This document shows, piece after piece, positions 26,674 through 42,027 of a stretch of DNA of 64,000 nt. Position 1 is the stretch's first letter. Each line of letters opens with the position of its first letter. The stretch is taken from contig NC_068990.1 of the NCBI RefSeq assembly GCF_001194135.2, positions 45,271,915 to 45,335,914 of the forward strand, written 5' to 3'. A program made the position numbers and the translations under genes. The notes under the pieces are model-generated. The model ran no database searches, was not told where the DNA came from, and saw nothing but the letters and a program-made list of their open reading frames with translations. The DNA is from Octopus bimaculoides. Its lineage: Eukaryota.

Positions 26674-29600
26674 TGGGAAGATCCATTTTGACAAAAACAT
26701 CATTGAGTTAATGAGCAAGTCTCTATGCAGTTGATTGACCAGTTAAAAATAGCAGCTAATTTCTCTCAAATACACCAATATCATCATCATTTAGCATGTT
26801 TTTCCATGCTAGCATACTCAAAAAAAAAGAAAAAAGACACTGATACATAAGAGATGGTTGTTTGATCATAACTACCCCACCGAGGTGAACCTAAGGCTAA
26901 GTAACATTCGAGTATGTGTAATAAACTTATTTATATCAACTCAGTTGCCTAGTTTCAATATTTTTAATATATTCTAAGACTAATAAAATTAATTCAGAAT
27001 TAGGTTTGGTAAAACGGTTACATATGAAAACAGCTTCTCTGCACAAGATTACCTAATGAGTAACAAGGCAACTATTTCTAAGTATAAAAAAGAAAATGAC
27101 ATTATCTAAGAAGCTAAGAATCTAATAATTAAGATATAGTAAAATAAAGAAATGAAGTGATGAAGGAAGCCAATCAACAAGCAACAGATTAACATGCTTT
27201 TTCCAGACTAGATTCAGCGATTTGGTTTTTTTTTTAAATATATAATGTCATAACTGAACAAAATTCCACATAGATAGCTGTTATGGTGCTTCATTGAAAA
27301 GAATAAGTTACACAAACATTTCAAATCACAAATAGTTTGTCATTCAACATTATTGTTGTTAATGTTTGTGTCATTGGAACATGATCTATGTTTACTGAAC
27401 TGTTCTTCCAATTAGAAAGTTAGAAAAAAAATACAATACGGAATAAGCAATAAAAGGAAATTAGCAAATAATACATCTGTTACATTAATAAAATGATAAA
27501 TTTAGCTATCTCTTCTTTTGTCTTTTTTTTTTTAATTCTGACATTTCAATAAAAATGAGAGTTAATGTATACTTACTCCATTTAAGAATGTTTCTCGGCG
27601 AACTCCGCCATAACGAGGTGGCCTAGAAAATGCACAAACATACACACATCACGTAACACGACAACAACATTGAAATCTAATATTATACTTTATGAATGTG
27701 GTACAATGTAACCAGTTTCATAAAAAAGGTTACAGAGATAAGCATTTCTTTACTGCAGTGATTGAAATTAGGTTTAAAATATTTCCAAAGCAAAGTACTT
27801 ACCTATCAGGCCGCCTTTCCTTGTAATATGCATCTAAATCTGGAAAAAGAAATTATAGATCTCAGTCAAATGTAATGCTAATTTATTCACATTGTTTTGT
27901 AATTAATCATGCTTTATCTTGTAGTTTCAAGATTTTGATGGTATGATTGTTTATTTTTAGAATGACATTATAGTGTAGGTGTGAGAGGCTGGATCTGGCC
28001 AGTTTGAACACAAAACAAGTAGACTATTTGGGTCAAATATGACCACTTTAAATGCTAAAGGGTTAAATCCTAATGCTTTCAGAATTATGATTGTTTCTTC
28101 CAGACATATTAACATAAATGTACTCAACTACCATTACACACACACACACACACACACAAACACCAGACAGAATACCCACATCTTTGTAGAGAAGACTTTT
28201 TAAAATCAAGTGTGATAGTCAACAAGTCAAACAATTTAAGTTATGGATTGATTGCATTGTGTATTTAGATTTAAAAACCACCAGCCAATCAAACTTTTGT
28301 TAAACATAATAGTCAATCAAATCTTACTCAAATTACATCTGTGTTCAAGAGAAGGAGTGTATGTGGTCATGACTGGAACATCTTTCCTTCTCAACAAAAC
28401 CAGTCAGCAGTCCTATGTTCTCAGTTTGGAGGGATCCCTCATTGGCAGTGATGGAATATGCTTAATTGTTGTTTAGTCTCAGTCCTGACCAAAGACTAAA
28501 CAACAATTAAGCATATTCCATCACTGCCAATGAGGCATCCCTCCAAACTAATAACACATAGTTGTATCCTATCCACAAAATACATAATATCATTCATGTC
28601 CGTTATAAAATATTTAAAACATAAGGTCAGAAGTTTATTGATTAAACCAAATCCAGTAATTGACTAGTACTTTATTGATCCTGAATAAATGAAAGGCCAT
28701 TAAGCATGGTGGGATTTGAACTCAGAACATATACTGCAAAGCATCTTTTCCAATGCTCTAATGATTTTGACTGCCCTTTCTTTTAAGCCTTTAGCCTTTA
28801 AACAGGTCATATTCAGCCCAAATATTCCACCTGATTTATGTTCAAACTGATTAGGTCTGACCTCTCCCACACCTACTCTAAAATGACATTGTAAGAGTAT
28901 ACAATTTACATCATCAAAATCTCAAAGGTACAAGATAATGTATAGTTAAATGAAAAGAATGGGAATAAACAAGTATTACATTTGACAGAGTACTATGAGT
29001 GTTAAAGGATTAAATTTTAATAATACATTTAAGTGAGAGTGCTTTCCATATCCAGAGGTAGTTGACCAAATGCTTTGTTGGTACAAATCAGTTAAAATAC
29101 AACTTTCATCACCCAGAAATGGTGGGTTTTAAAAGAAAACAAATTTTTTAAGGAAACTGAACACTAGAATTTAACACATTTTGATAGATATATTGTTTGA
29201 TAGAACATTTTGTGGTTGAGTTCCTTTCATGATACCAAACAACATGTGATGAAAAAAAAAAAGGGTATGTCATTATTATTCAGTCATGTGTAAAGTTTTA
29301 TTTTGAAATAAAATTCTTTTCCTAATGGCTTACTCAGGAGGCACGGCAATACCAATGATATTTTGTAGAGTCTCCAAAACTGTTCAGAGAAAAGAGAGGA
29401 AGAAACCATCACTCACTGATTAACCTTGAAACTAGGGACCTGGTTCAAATACTTGCAACAGGGTCCACTAAGGGTTTGATGATGATCGTGTTAAACTAGG
29501 TGACAAATTCAATTTACTAACAAGAGCTGGTACACTTAATCCAATGGGTTTCACAGTTTCCATCTACGTAATTTTACTTAATGTTGATAAGTAGATGAAG

Positions 29601-31752
29601 AGCTGCAAAATAGGATCAAACCTGATAATTTGTACAGGTAAGTTTTTGTGTGACTTGAGAAGTATATCATGCCAGTAAAGAAAACCATGTGTAGATGTCA
29701 AAACATTACAAAAGTGGGGGATGAGGTAAACAGGGAGTATATAAACATTCAATTTGCATCCCTTAGTAATTACACAACTAAGTGTCTGCTTCGAATATAT
29801 CTTATCTGTAAACTAGCTAAGTAATCTTACACTGATTTGAAACAAGTATGGAAAGACAATGTAACAATTCCCCATTCACTAACATGATCTTTCAAAGGAG
29901 AAAAATATAAAATTTGATTATAAATTCATTATCCTAACATGCAACAGTAAGTGATGTGAACAACATTTAGAACAGTTATGGAATGAAAAAAAAATAATAA
30001 TAATAAAATGAAGCTGTTGGTGTATATTGAATTACTATAATTGTTGTTTAGTCACAACTCAACAAGGTTCAAGCAAGTCTATGGATCAAAGACATTCCAG
30101 CTTTTATCATCATAATTTTATGTATATCTAAGACTATATTCTTATATACACACACACACATATATATATATATATAAAAGAAGTAGGATGTGGGTTGAAG
30201 ATCTGACTTATTTCTAGCAGGTCAAGTGACCACATAAATGTCTTGCTTATTGGTTCATGTTAATATATTCAGCTATAAAACATCAATCCCACTACATGCA
30301 GACATACTAACGGAGAAATGTATAACAGTGCTGTGCGTTAGGTTGGCACAAAGGAGGGGTAATGCAAGCAGGCACAAATGTAGCATAAGAGACCAGGGAC
30401 AGGTGTGCATAAGTTTGGATTATTATTATTATGTATCATCATCTTTTTTCAATGTGAGCGTAGGATGGATGGGTTGACATAGGTTGGCAAACCAGAAGAC
30501 CCTGCCAAGCTCCAATGTTTGCTTTGGTACAGTTTGCCCTTCCTAACACCAACCAGTTTGCAGAGTGGACTGAGTGCTTTTTATAAGGTACTGGTACCAG
30601 TGAGGTGACTATATAAATTGCAAGAAAAAACCCCACAACTGAGAGGGTGTAGGTATTGAAGGAAGTGACTCTATGCGAGGTAATGGGAGATTAAAGTATG
30701 ATAGAGACACAGGTACAGTTTCAGTCTTGCATTTATAAAAGGTGTAAGGAAAAAGAATGCCTTATTATTTATATTTATGCTTTTAAACGAGTAAAATTGT
30801 GAATAAGACCAATAATGAACATTTCCAAATTAAGTTATATAAACCCAATTGAATAAAATGTCCTACTCATACTTACTATTCCTATTGTCATAGTCCATAC
30901 GAGATCTCTTTACTCTTGGCGATTCAAACTCCTCTCTGTGTCTTCTACGCCTGCAACATGAAGTAGAGCATAAAAAAAAAGGGGGAACAATAAAACAATG
31001 TTGATAGTAACTGCAGCATGCAACACTTATTTGGCAAATAGACATTTACTAAAAGGAAAAAAAATAAAATAAAACAGCCCTCAAAACAAAATATAAAAAG
31101 AAGAGCACCAAATATAAACATCATTTCAAGTGGCATCAGAACAGGATTCCAAGGAAGTAGATTGAAATAAAATGGTCTCAATTGCTATTTCAGCGAATCT
31201 TACTAATTTATATTTTTGGCATTTATAAAAGGTACTAAAAATTGGCTTCAAAATTATACAATATCGGAAATAAAATACTTATTAGATACATTTTATTTTA
31301 TTTTGATGGATTAGAAGCTTAAACCAGAATGTTTTTTTTTTAAAACTTGTTATCAATTCTAACTACTTAAAATGTTTCACAATAATTAAAAAGATTTTTT
31401 TAAAAAAAGAGCTTACCACACTAAGGGCTTGTTATATAAAAGCTCTAAAATAAATTTTATACTGGAATACTTAAAATTCTTTAATATAAAATAACACATT
31501 TTGTATTTTCAGTGTTCTAAATTATACTAAATCATAAACCAATCATATCCTTTTACTTGTTTCAGTCATTTGATTGCAGCCATGCTGGAGCACGCCTTTT
31601 TAATTGAACAAATCAAACCCAGGATTTATTCTTTGTAAGCCTAGTACTTATTCTATCGGTCTCTTTTGCTGAACCGCTAAGTTACAGGGACATAAACACA
31701 CCAACATTGGTTGCCAAGCGGTGGCGGGGGGACACAAACAGACACAATACAT

Positions 31753-31786
<34 letters not shown>

Positions 31787-34700
31787 GACAGGCTTCTTTC
31801 AGTTTCCATCTACCAAAAATCCACTCACAAGGCTTCGGTCAGCCCAAGGTTATAGTAGAAGACGCTTGCCCAAGAGGCCATGCAGTGGGACTGAACCTGG
31901 AAACATGTAGTTGGGAAGTAAGTTTCCTAACACACAGCCACTCCACTTGCATTGACATGAGAAAAATTGTAGACATTCCAATACTGTTGTTACCATACAT
32001 GTATATGTTATTTATACAATTATATTTTATTTCTTATTTCTACAAAACAACTTGGCACAAAAGCTAATACTTTCTTTGAGTAACCACTTAGATAATTAAA
32101 TATCTTAATAATAATAGTGTCTAACAGAGGCACAAGACCGAAACAATGATCACAGGAGTATAGCCAACTTATTTGGCTATACTCTCAGATTTATTTGACC
32201 CAAGTACTTGAGTGGTACCTATTTTATCACCCAGAAAGGATGCAAAACAAATTCAACATCAGCAGGATTTGGACTTAGAACGTAAAAACTCGTTACTAAA
32301 TACTACAAAGTATTTGATCCAATCCTTTAATAAATTACTTAAGTCCCAAAAGATAGTGCTTAACTTCAGCTTTTATAGCAGTAAGCAAATGGAAGATAAA
32401 TCTTACTTTGGAGAGAAAACACAGGAGCTAAATTTTCCAGAAAAGCAGTGAATCTGTTTATCATATTTTCCAGCATACAAGTGAAATTTTTCAGAACAAG
32501 AGGACAGGTCAACTTATATACCAAGGTGACTTTGAAAGACCAAACATACCGTATGAAATTTAACAGGATTTGGAAAGATAGTGACAATGTTTGAATTTTT
32601 TACACATGTTTACACTATATACTACATCAACTTGTATGCCAGAAAATTTGGTATTCCTAAGTCAGTGGGCACCGTCTTGCTCACAGACAAACCCGCAATT
32701 ATATTGAATTTAAAATCCACAAGTCAATAACTGTCTGACATCTTATTCAGTCATTTCACTTGTAATAGTAGCAGCAGAATCAGGGAACTTAAGCGAATAC
32801 TTTTGCTCCAGTGTCAATAGCAAGAAGCATGTGAAAAAGAAATCTTTTCTTGGCTAAGAGTCCAATCTGTCATAGGTAATAAATTTGCTATGCATACCTG
32901 ACATTTAAGTAATCTTAGGTGTGCAGAACAAAGTATATAAAAAAGAGACAACATGACCCAAGACGAGCAGTCCAAAATGTTTACATTCTCTGACTTTAAC
33001 ACCATTATTAATATTCTATTAATTTCAACGACAATATTTCATTAAAACATGAAACTATAGGTTTGATGAAGAAATTTAAGATTATCATAGCTTCTATCAG
33101 TTCATCATCATCACCAACTGTGAAGGATAACCAGCCATAAAAACTATGCCATTTAAAGCAACAGAGATTGGAATTTTCTTTTTTTTCTTGTGTCAGATGA
33201 GAACAGCAATGAGTGGTGAGAAGCTGTTCAAGCCTGTCCAAACCATGTCATCATGGGAAAACAGATGTAAAACAATGACGATATTGTCATATGGTGCAAA
33301 AAATACAAAGAATCAGTTTTTAGATTATGTGATAGCACAAATAAAGAGACTATTACCAAATATGAATAGCAAAACTATACAGTTATAATAATAATAATAA
33401 TCCTTTCTACTATTGGCACAAGGCCTGAAATTTTGGGGGATGGGACTAGTTGATTACACTGATCCTAGTACGTAACTGGTACTTATTCCATCAACCCCTA
33501 AAAGGATGAAAGGCAAAGTTGACCTCAGTGGAATTTGAACTCAGAATGTAAAGATGGACAAAATACTGTTAAATATTTTGCCTGGTGTGCTAACAATTCT
33601 GCCAGCTCACCACCTTAATAATAAAAATAATTCTTTCTATTAAAGCCACAAAGCCTGAAATTTTGGGGGAAGGGACTAGTTGATTACATTGACCCCAGTG
33701 CTTCACTGGTACTTAATTTATTGACCCTGAAAGGATGAGGTAGTAAAGTCGACCTCAGCAGAATTTTAATTCAATGTAAAACTGGAAGAAATGTCGCTAA
33801 GCATTTCTTTTTTTCTTTCTTGGGTGCCTTAATAATAATTTGATATAACTCAATAGCCAGAAGATAGCAACAAAATAACTAAAGAATCTGATAAAATATA
33901 AGATTTGTAACACCTACTGTAGCCAGTAGTCCATTAGGAAGATCAACTCTTGACTTATGATCTTTGCTCAAATGAATTCCAACACCATCTCCTCTACCTT
34001 CATGATTGCTAATTCAATTGACAATATAACTATGGTTTAAAACAATGTGGCACCAAGTTCAATAGATTAGTTAGAACAGACAGGGGCTTCAACAACACTG
34101 GGTGTGGGCCTCCATAAACTAATTCAGCTGTAATTAGGGAATTATTTTGAATTGATAATGTGAAACAAAGATCCATTGATACTCTGACTTCCAGTTTTAA
34201 AAACTATGGGAAATAAACAAGTTTACCCATGACTTTCAATAGGTTGGCCTTTCAGTCAGCACTAATAGTTTTATGTAGTGTCTGTATCAGATGAAGCAAG
34301 TTAGTCTAGAAGATTCTATTAATTCCTAGTCCTGTTTATTGACTATAACAGGAAATAATCAGTACAAAGAAATAGTAAAATAAAATTGCTTTACTAGCAA
34401 TTGAACTGAAGTTGTAGCTTAAGCTCATCGAGAGTCTTTGTCAATAGGGTTAGCAAACACTACATCACACTTTAAATAGTTTATTAAAAGCTAAACAAAT
34501 TTTTGAAAAAGAGAAAGAGAAAGAGTAAAAGTATTTCCACTACAAAATCTGAAGCAATAATATTAAACAGGATAAAGAGAGATTCTGTGAAATGTTAATG
34601 AGTATAATTGCTATAAAGTGTGAAAAGTTTCCTTGGATTCCAGACTTTACCTTGCAACATGTAAGTTAAACAGGTTATTTATTTGGAACTAGAGATTTCA

Positions 34701-37700
34701 CGCAAGCAGCTTTAAAATTGACTCCCACTCATCAACAAATTGAAAAGAAAATCATTCTTCATCCCTTAACTATTGTCAACAATAAAGCTGACTGAACAAA
34801 ACCTTGGTCCAAGTATGCAATCTAGTTTACCTTACATATGACAAACCTGTATCGAGTAAGCAGCACTTTTGAACTCCCATTTTTTAAAGCATAAAACAAA
34901 CAATTTAAAACACTCAAATACATTATTTCCAATACAAATATTAAACCATGAAATATATTTTGTGCTAGAACGGATCATTCATTTAGACAGTGCATATGTT
35001 TATTAACACTATATTTTACCAATAATTCAATTGGGTCCAGATATATTAGGTAATACAGTGAAGAGTATGGATGATGATAGAAATGATTCACACACCACAC
35101 CTCACCAGATATCATAGTCAATGCATTTTGTTTTCTTTCAATTGATGAAGTTCAGGTTTAACATTAAAGTCTGAATTATATACATAGACTACAAACAAAC
35201 CTGACACTACAACAAATCACTTTTCCTTTTATCCAATAGTCCTGAAAGATGGGACATTGTTTTCTTTGACTCTCTTACATTTGATTGTCAGATATTTAGG
35301 GTGGGTTTGTAGAATGAAAAAGAAAAGGAAGAAAGAGAAACGAGGAAAATAAAAAGAATGAGATAGAGAAAGAAAAGGAGAAATAGAGAGACTGGAGAGA
35401 AACTGAAGTTGGGAAAGGAAAGAAATTTTTCACATTAAATAATGGTTGTTGCCTGAAGCCCACAGGGACACAGTTGTACTGGGATATCGTTGGAGAGAAA
35501 AGGGTAACATAATGGAAACTTTAATCCTTCAACATTCAGATTACTGTCAAATGCAATGCTTATTATTCATAATGTTTTGAATTAAGCATGATTTATTTTG
35601 TATCTTCTTGATTTTGAAATTTTTAGAATGATGTAGGAACAAGAGGCTGGGTCTGGCAGGCTTGAACATAAAACAGGTAGAATATTTGGGAAGGATATGA
35701 CCATTTTATATGCTATTAAGATTAATGGCGTAAGCTTAAAAATTCAGAAGTTTGTTTCGCATACATTTGTAAACAGGGATCTTGAAAAGACAGGGATAGA
35801 GCTTGGGAGTAATGTTTCAGGTGAATCAGAGATCATTATAGAAATATATTCAAAACAATGTCAATAAAAAAAAATAAAAACTGTGTTTTTAAAAATACCT
35901 TAAATTCAACATTACAATAGTTTTGTATCTAATACAAGTGAAAAATTTGAAGCTATATTAGCTTCAAACAGATGTTTTCAAATGGTGCAGTGCAGCACAC
36001 TAGTGCATTGCAAAAGATAGCTAAATGCACCCCAGATTTTTTAAAATAAAATTAAAGGCTTTAGAAAATCCATACTTTAATATCTGTCTTGATAACTGTG
36101 TTTTTCATGATCTTGTTACACACAAATATAATTAATAAAAAAAGATAATATTTTTCTAATATGAACTTTAAAACAAAATAAATAAACCTTTCCATGTGAA
36201 TATCACTAGAAATGTTTGATCTCCAATGGGCCACAAAATAAAAAAGGTTGTGAACCACTAGCTTAAAGTCTCAATTGTTTAAAATTTTAAAGCATCTGAA
36301 GAAAGGTTTCAATTACATGATCATGCAAATATTTAGATTTTAGTTTAAAATGTTTGACAAGTTGTATCATTAAGTGTGCTTGTATGTGTGTGTGTTCCTG
36401 TATTAACTGACATTTTTGGCACACCATTCCAATCAGTATTCACTAATTTTGATCTCCTAACACCAATTTCATCTCTAATATGCAAGACCTAGAAGCTTTT
36501 TGCACTTGTAGGAATTGAGCTGAGTATGTAGGTTGTAGGCTTTTCTTAGTTTTATCATTACCATTTAAAAAACAAAGAAAGATAATGTTGGGAGATAGAA
36601 AGGATAAATGCTAATAATTTAAGAAAATTGAAGAATAAAATTGTATTTTTTTTTTTAGACTGAAAGTTCCCAAGAAAGTAGGTTTGTGTATTGAACTATT
36701 TATTCCCTGTTTATGTAAATCACATTGGTTGATCTAAAATTTCAAAAATAAGAAAATGGATCCATTTTTTGTATGAGATGATAAATCCCACTAAAGTAAT
36801 CACATTAAATAAAAGTGAAAAGTGGTTACTGTAATTATTATAAAAAATACTTAGTCAACTCAATCAACTTATTCACGCTGATGTGTCTATGTTAAACTTA
36901 TAACTTTGGAAAACAGCAACTCACACAAAATCATATAATATTCAAACAAAATTTAATATAAATTTCAATAATACACTAAAATCTAAATAATAAAGAATTA
37001 ATCTGATCTAATTGTCATCATACATATTGTTTTTAACATTTTTATTTTCTATGTTGGCATGATGTTCCTGCAATGCAGCAGCTTTCTATACCTCCATACA
37101 TATCACCACCATTTGATACTATTTTCAAGTAGTTGGTATTTCATGAGATTTTGGCTTTGGTTTTCTTGACCAGATGATCTTCCAATTGTCAACTGTTGTG
37201 AACAAGAAGGCCAAATGCATTTATCAATGCACCAGTACTAGAGAAGGTCTTTTTTCCCCACAATATGAAGCTTACTCAAAATGATATATCTCATAGTAAT
37301 GACACTTCAACAGGAGGTCTGTATCACATTAAGCATGAAACTGGCAAACTGTTTAAATCTATTAGGTAGTAAATCATTTTATATCATATAAAAAAGTTTC
37401 GCTAAAATTTTTAAATAACCTTCTATATTGAAACTGAGTGTATAAAAAATCCTTCTATTGATACACATTTTAATACCCATCATCATCATTACTTTTTGTC
37501 TGCTTTTTCCATGCAAGTATGATTTAGACAAGACTTATAATATTCTACAGATGGATGCTCTTTGTGGTACCAACCCTTACCTGTTTTCACTTAAGGTACT
37601 TCATTCCACTGGAATTCACATATTGAATTGCTGAGCTGCAGGACAAAAACTAATGTCACTGGTACCCAAGTGGTATCAATGCAAAAGATACAAGGAAATA

Positions 37701-40700
37701 CGCACACACATGATGGGCTTCCATACAGTTTCCACATAGCAAATTTCAACCACAAAACATTGTTAACCTGAGACTATAGCAGAAAACACTTGAATGGGAC
37801 TGAACCTGAAATCACATGGTTGCAAAACAAATTTGCAGCCATGTTATATAATCTATAAAAAATAAAACATTTTCAGCTTTTACAATTAATGTGTTAGTCA
37901 AATAGGGAAAACTGCAATGTCATTGTACATTCACACATTTCACTGTTCTACATACACTTTCACCATCATCATTTAACATCTGTTGTCCATGCTGGCATGG
38001 GTTGGACAGTGTGACCAGAGCTGAGGAGCTGGGAGGAATGGCTGCATCAGACTCCAGTCTGATTTGGCATGGTTTCTACAGCTAGGTGCCCTTCCTAACT
38101 CCTTACAGAGTGTGTTAGATGCTTTTATGTAGCACTGTATGAGTACTTCTGCATGGCTCCACACGAGTGCTTTTATGTGGCACCACTCAGATGCTTTTAG
38201 ATGATGCCACAGAAGTGCTTTTACATGTCGCTGCATGGGTGCTTATACGTGTTGCCACATGGGCACTTTTATGAGGAACTGTCATGAGTGCTTAACACAA
38301 CCAGAAGCTGTGGGGTACAGGTCTCCTTGAGTACAGTCAGGCACCAGGTATCTCGGTCCTTTGTCATCTTGCCTGAAAGGTTCAGTGTCCAATGATGATT
38401 TACTTCAGAGATGTAATTGTAGACTCTTTTCATTATATTGAAACTTTTTAAAAAATTTACTTGGTCAACTCACTCAACTTATTCACGCTGATGCATCTAT
38501 AACTATGGAAAACACTATAATAATAATAATAATAATAATAATGACTTTGGTGTGGGAGTAGTATTAAAAATATTGAGGAGGGAGAGAAGGCTAAATAAAT
38601 TTCAACTTGAGATTGAAACTAGATAAAAAACATAACTTCACATTCCCTATCTAAATACTGACAGATTGACTTAACAATTGTTGAACATGTTTCATGATGC
38701 ATCATCATCATCAAATGTTCATTTTCCACGCTGGCATGGGCTGAATGGTAGGAGCTGGTAAGCTGGAGGGCTGCACTAGGCCCCAGTCATCTGTTTTGGT
38801 ATGGTTCCTACACCTGGATGCCCTTTTTTATGCCAACCACTTTACAGAGTATACTGGGTGCTTTTTTTTTTTTTTACATGGGCACCAGCATGGGTCCTCT
38901 CTACATGGTACTAGTATAGGTGCTTTTTATGTGATGCTAGCACAGGAAGCATATACTCTATAATATCAAAAGTATATTTGTTATACTTGGGGATACTCTT
39001 TTACTTGTTTCAGTCATTTGACTGCGGCCATGCTGGAGCACCACCTTTAGTCGAGAAAATCAACCCCAGGACTTATTCTTTGGAAGCCTAGTACTTATTC
39101 TATCAGTCTCTTTTTGCCAAACCGCTAAGTTACGGGGACGTAAACACATACACGACGGGCTTCTTTCAGTTTCTGTCTACCAAATCCACTCACAAGGCTT
39201 TGGTCGGCCCGAGGCTATAGTAGAAGACACTAGCCCAAGGTGCCACACAGTGGGACTGAACCCGGAACCATGTGGTTGGTAAGCAAGTTACTTACCACAC
39301 AGCCACTCCTGCGCCTATCTTTTACCATCCCCAAATATAACAATAGCTGTTTCAATGCACATTTTCACATCAAGAATCTTGCAAAACAAATCTATTTATC
39401 ATGCTTTCATTTAAAGCCAAAACACACCTCCAGCAATAGAGGACAGGAGAGTTCATGCAAACAAAAAAGTTATTCATTTATACCACATCTGCTTCCAAGC
39501 CCAAAAAACTCATTCTAATTATTATTTCTACACTCTCCAGAATCAAGAAAGAATAATTAATTAGATGGCAGATATAATAGTTAAATCCCATTTATTTCTA
39601 CATCACAAATCAAAATCTTGAGTATGTTCAAAGTAGTGTTAACTTTTTAATATCCAATGTATTAAATATGTTAACAAAAAATAATTAGGTGATGAGAAAT
39701 AAAGAAGAAAACTTATTCAGAACATAAACTACCCAAATTCAATCTGCATCATATTTATTAGTCACTGACTACTACTGCTTTCTACCCCATGCTAAATAAT
39801 TATTTCTCATTTAAAATTTTTGATATTCCTTACATTTTAAATATGTTTGCATCAAATCAAGTGCTGCTTTTCTTTTGGACAGCCTCCGAATATTTTATTT
39901 TCTAAACAATTCTACTTTTCTAGGACAACCCATGCACAATGTTATCCACATAGCAATTCTTCCCATCACTATTTCAGGAAGTACAGTAAAATCTAAGTTT
40001 TGCTGATGAGGTCAGAATAGGACTCAAACATTCTCAGAGTTGTTTACTGCACTTGCAGAAATGATTAAAACAACAGCTCTTAGCTAATAGTTGTTTATAA
40101 CACTAGTTAACTATTTGATGCTTCTTGCATTAAATGTTAACACTAACTATTGTTTTGGGGTGAATGACATCTGAGTAATTTATCTTCAGAATACTTTTAT
40201 TTGTGAGATTTTATGGAACTATAAACAGAAAAACATAACTATTCCAAACACTCAAAGTTTAGGTCAATTATCTACAACCAATTTATATTAAAATAAACCT
40301 TGTAAAATATTCTTACAATATAAAAACAATTTTATGACCTATTTTTGCCAAAACAGACCATCATTAGTTTTTCTTAAATAATGAACCAGTGGAGTACAAA
40401 CCTGACTATACACAGCCTAATTAAACTAATTTCATATTCTGATCATCTTCATTTCACTAAATCTAACAGTTTTCCAAAATTCACTTTCAATTACACACTA
40501 ATACCTATTTATGAGATTGAATTTATTAAATACTCAGTCTCTCCAGGCACACATACTAACTGAAAATCTTGGTTCTTAATTCCAAAATTCTCCACTAGTT
40601 TGAGGGTATAAAAGAGAATTATAACAAGAATTTCACCATTTAGTTGATCACTGTATTTTTCAATACCATCACAAATATATAATAAACTGCTTTGCTTGTT

Positions 40701-41952
40701 CCAGTAATAAAGACAACCATAGGCAGCCTAATATATAGTTCACTAGAATAAAAACACCTTTTAAGATCGTATTTTATTTTAGTGGTAAAAGCAGCTAGGT
40801 TGGTTTAACAAGACACCAAATTTCTATTTCAGAACTACTTCTGCAATCGAATTGAGTAATATCACATGACAGCCATGTGACATAGTGGGCAGAGTATTTG
40901 GTTTACGATTGCAAAGTCATGAGTGATTCCCAGCGGCATGTTGTGTCCTTGAGCAAGATACTTTATTTCATGTTGCTCCAGTGCACTCTGTTGGCAAAAA
41001 TTGAATTGTACCTGTAATTCAAATTCTGTGTCACACTGAATCTCCATGAGAACCACATTAAGGGTGTATGCATATCTGAGGAGTGCTCAGCCACTTGCAT
41101 GTTAATTTCACAAGTAGGCTGGTTCATTGATCAGATCAACTGGAATGCTTGTCTTCGTAACTGATGGAGTGCAAGTTTATCACATAGATGGTAAAAGATC
41201 ATGTCTCTAATGAGAGAGTGGCATAACTGGACAACAAGAACGGGGTGTATGAGAAACTTGTGTTTCATAACTATCAAGATGAGTAAAGTCAATGGTATCC
41301 TATTGTTTGTATCAAAATAAGATAAGTTTTCATCTCAACATAATTTAGGAATTAAATCACCAACTGAAACCCACCTTTGATACGTATTGTAGGAGCTACG
41401 TTTCCTAGATAGTAATGCTCAAGGAATTATACAGTAAATCATAAACAGGTCATTGTTGAATACTTGTAAGCAATGTATTTACAGTTGTCAGAAATTCAAT
41501 AACTATAGATTGTTTCAAGAGACAAAGTACCAGAATATGACACCACATTTAATGTTACAGTGTAGCATCTACTCATGTAGACCCATTTCACATAACAAGG
41601 CCATCGGATATTAGGGTATACAATATCTTGCATTACTGCCCTTACAGATTAGTGTGTACACTTTTCATACATAGCTCAACCCATATATGAACTCAAATAC
41701 TCTTGACCTCCAATGCCCATATCTTTAAAATATGTTTTTTATTTATTTTAAAGAGTATTTAAAAATAACATGAATTTAAAAATAACACTGTCAGAATGAT
41801 TTTGATATACTTTCAATGAAACAAGGAAACATAAACCTCTGACTCAATCATTTAAGAGAGAGAGAGATAGACAGACAGGGAGAGACAGAGAGAGAGAGAG
41901 GTGTGTGTATCAAGTAACAATATCGAAGAATTTAAAAGAGAAACAATATAGC

Positions 41953-42027
<75 letters not shown>

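Noticed and set aside
33193-33253. Box C (ATGATGA) and box D (CTGA) about 60 nt apart on the transcript strand, like an intronic C/D snoRNA
   Set aside because: No terminal stem and no recognisable rRNA guide; the sequence resembles a decayed piece of the (CAT)n-tailed repeat.
37960-38330. About 25-bp spaced repeats (gtgcttttatgtggcacc...) superficially like a CRISPR array
   Set aside because: Degenerate minisatellite inside a eukaryotic retroposon; no constant repeat with unique spacers and no cas genes.
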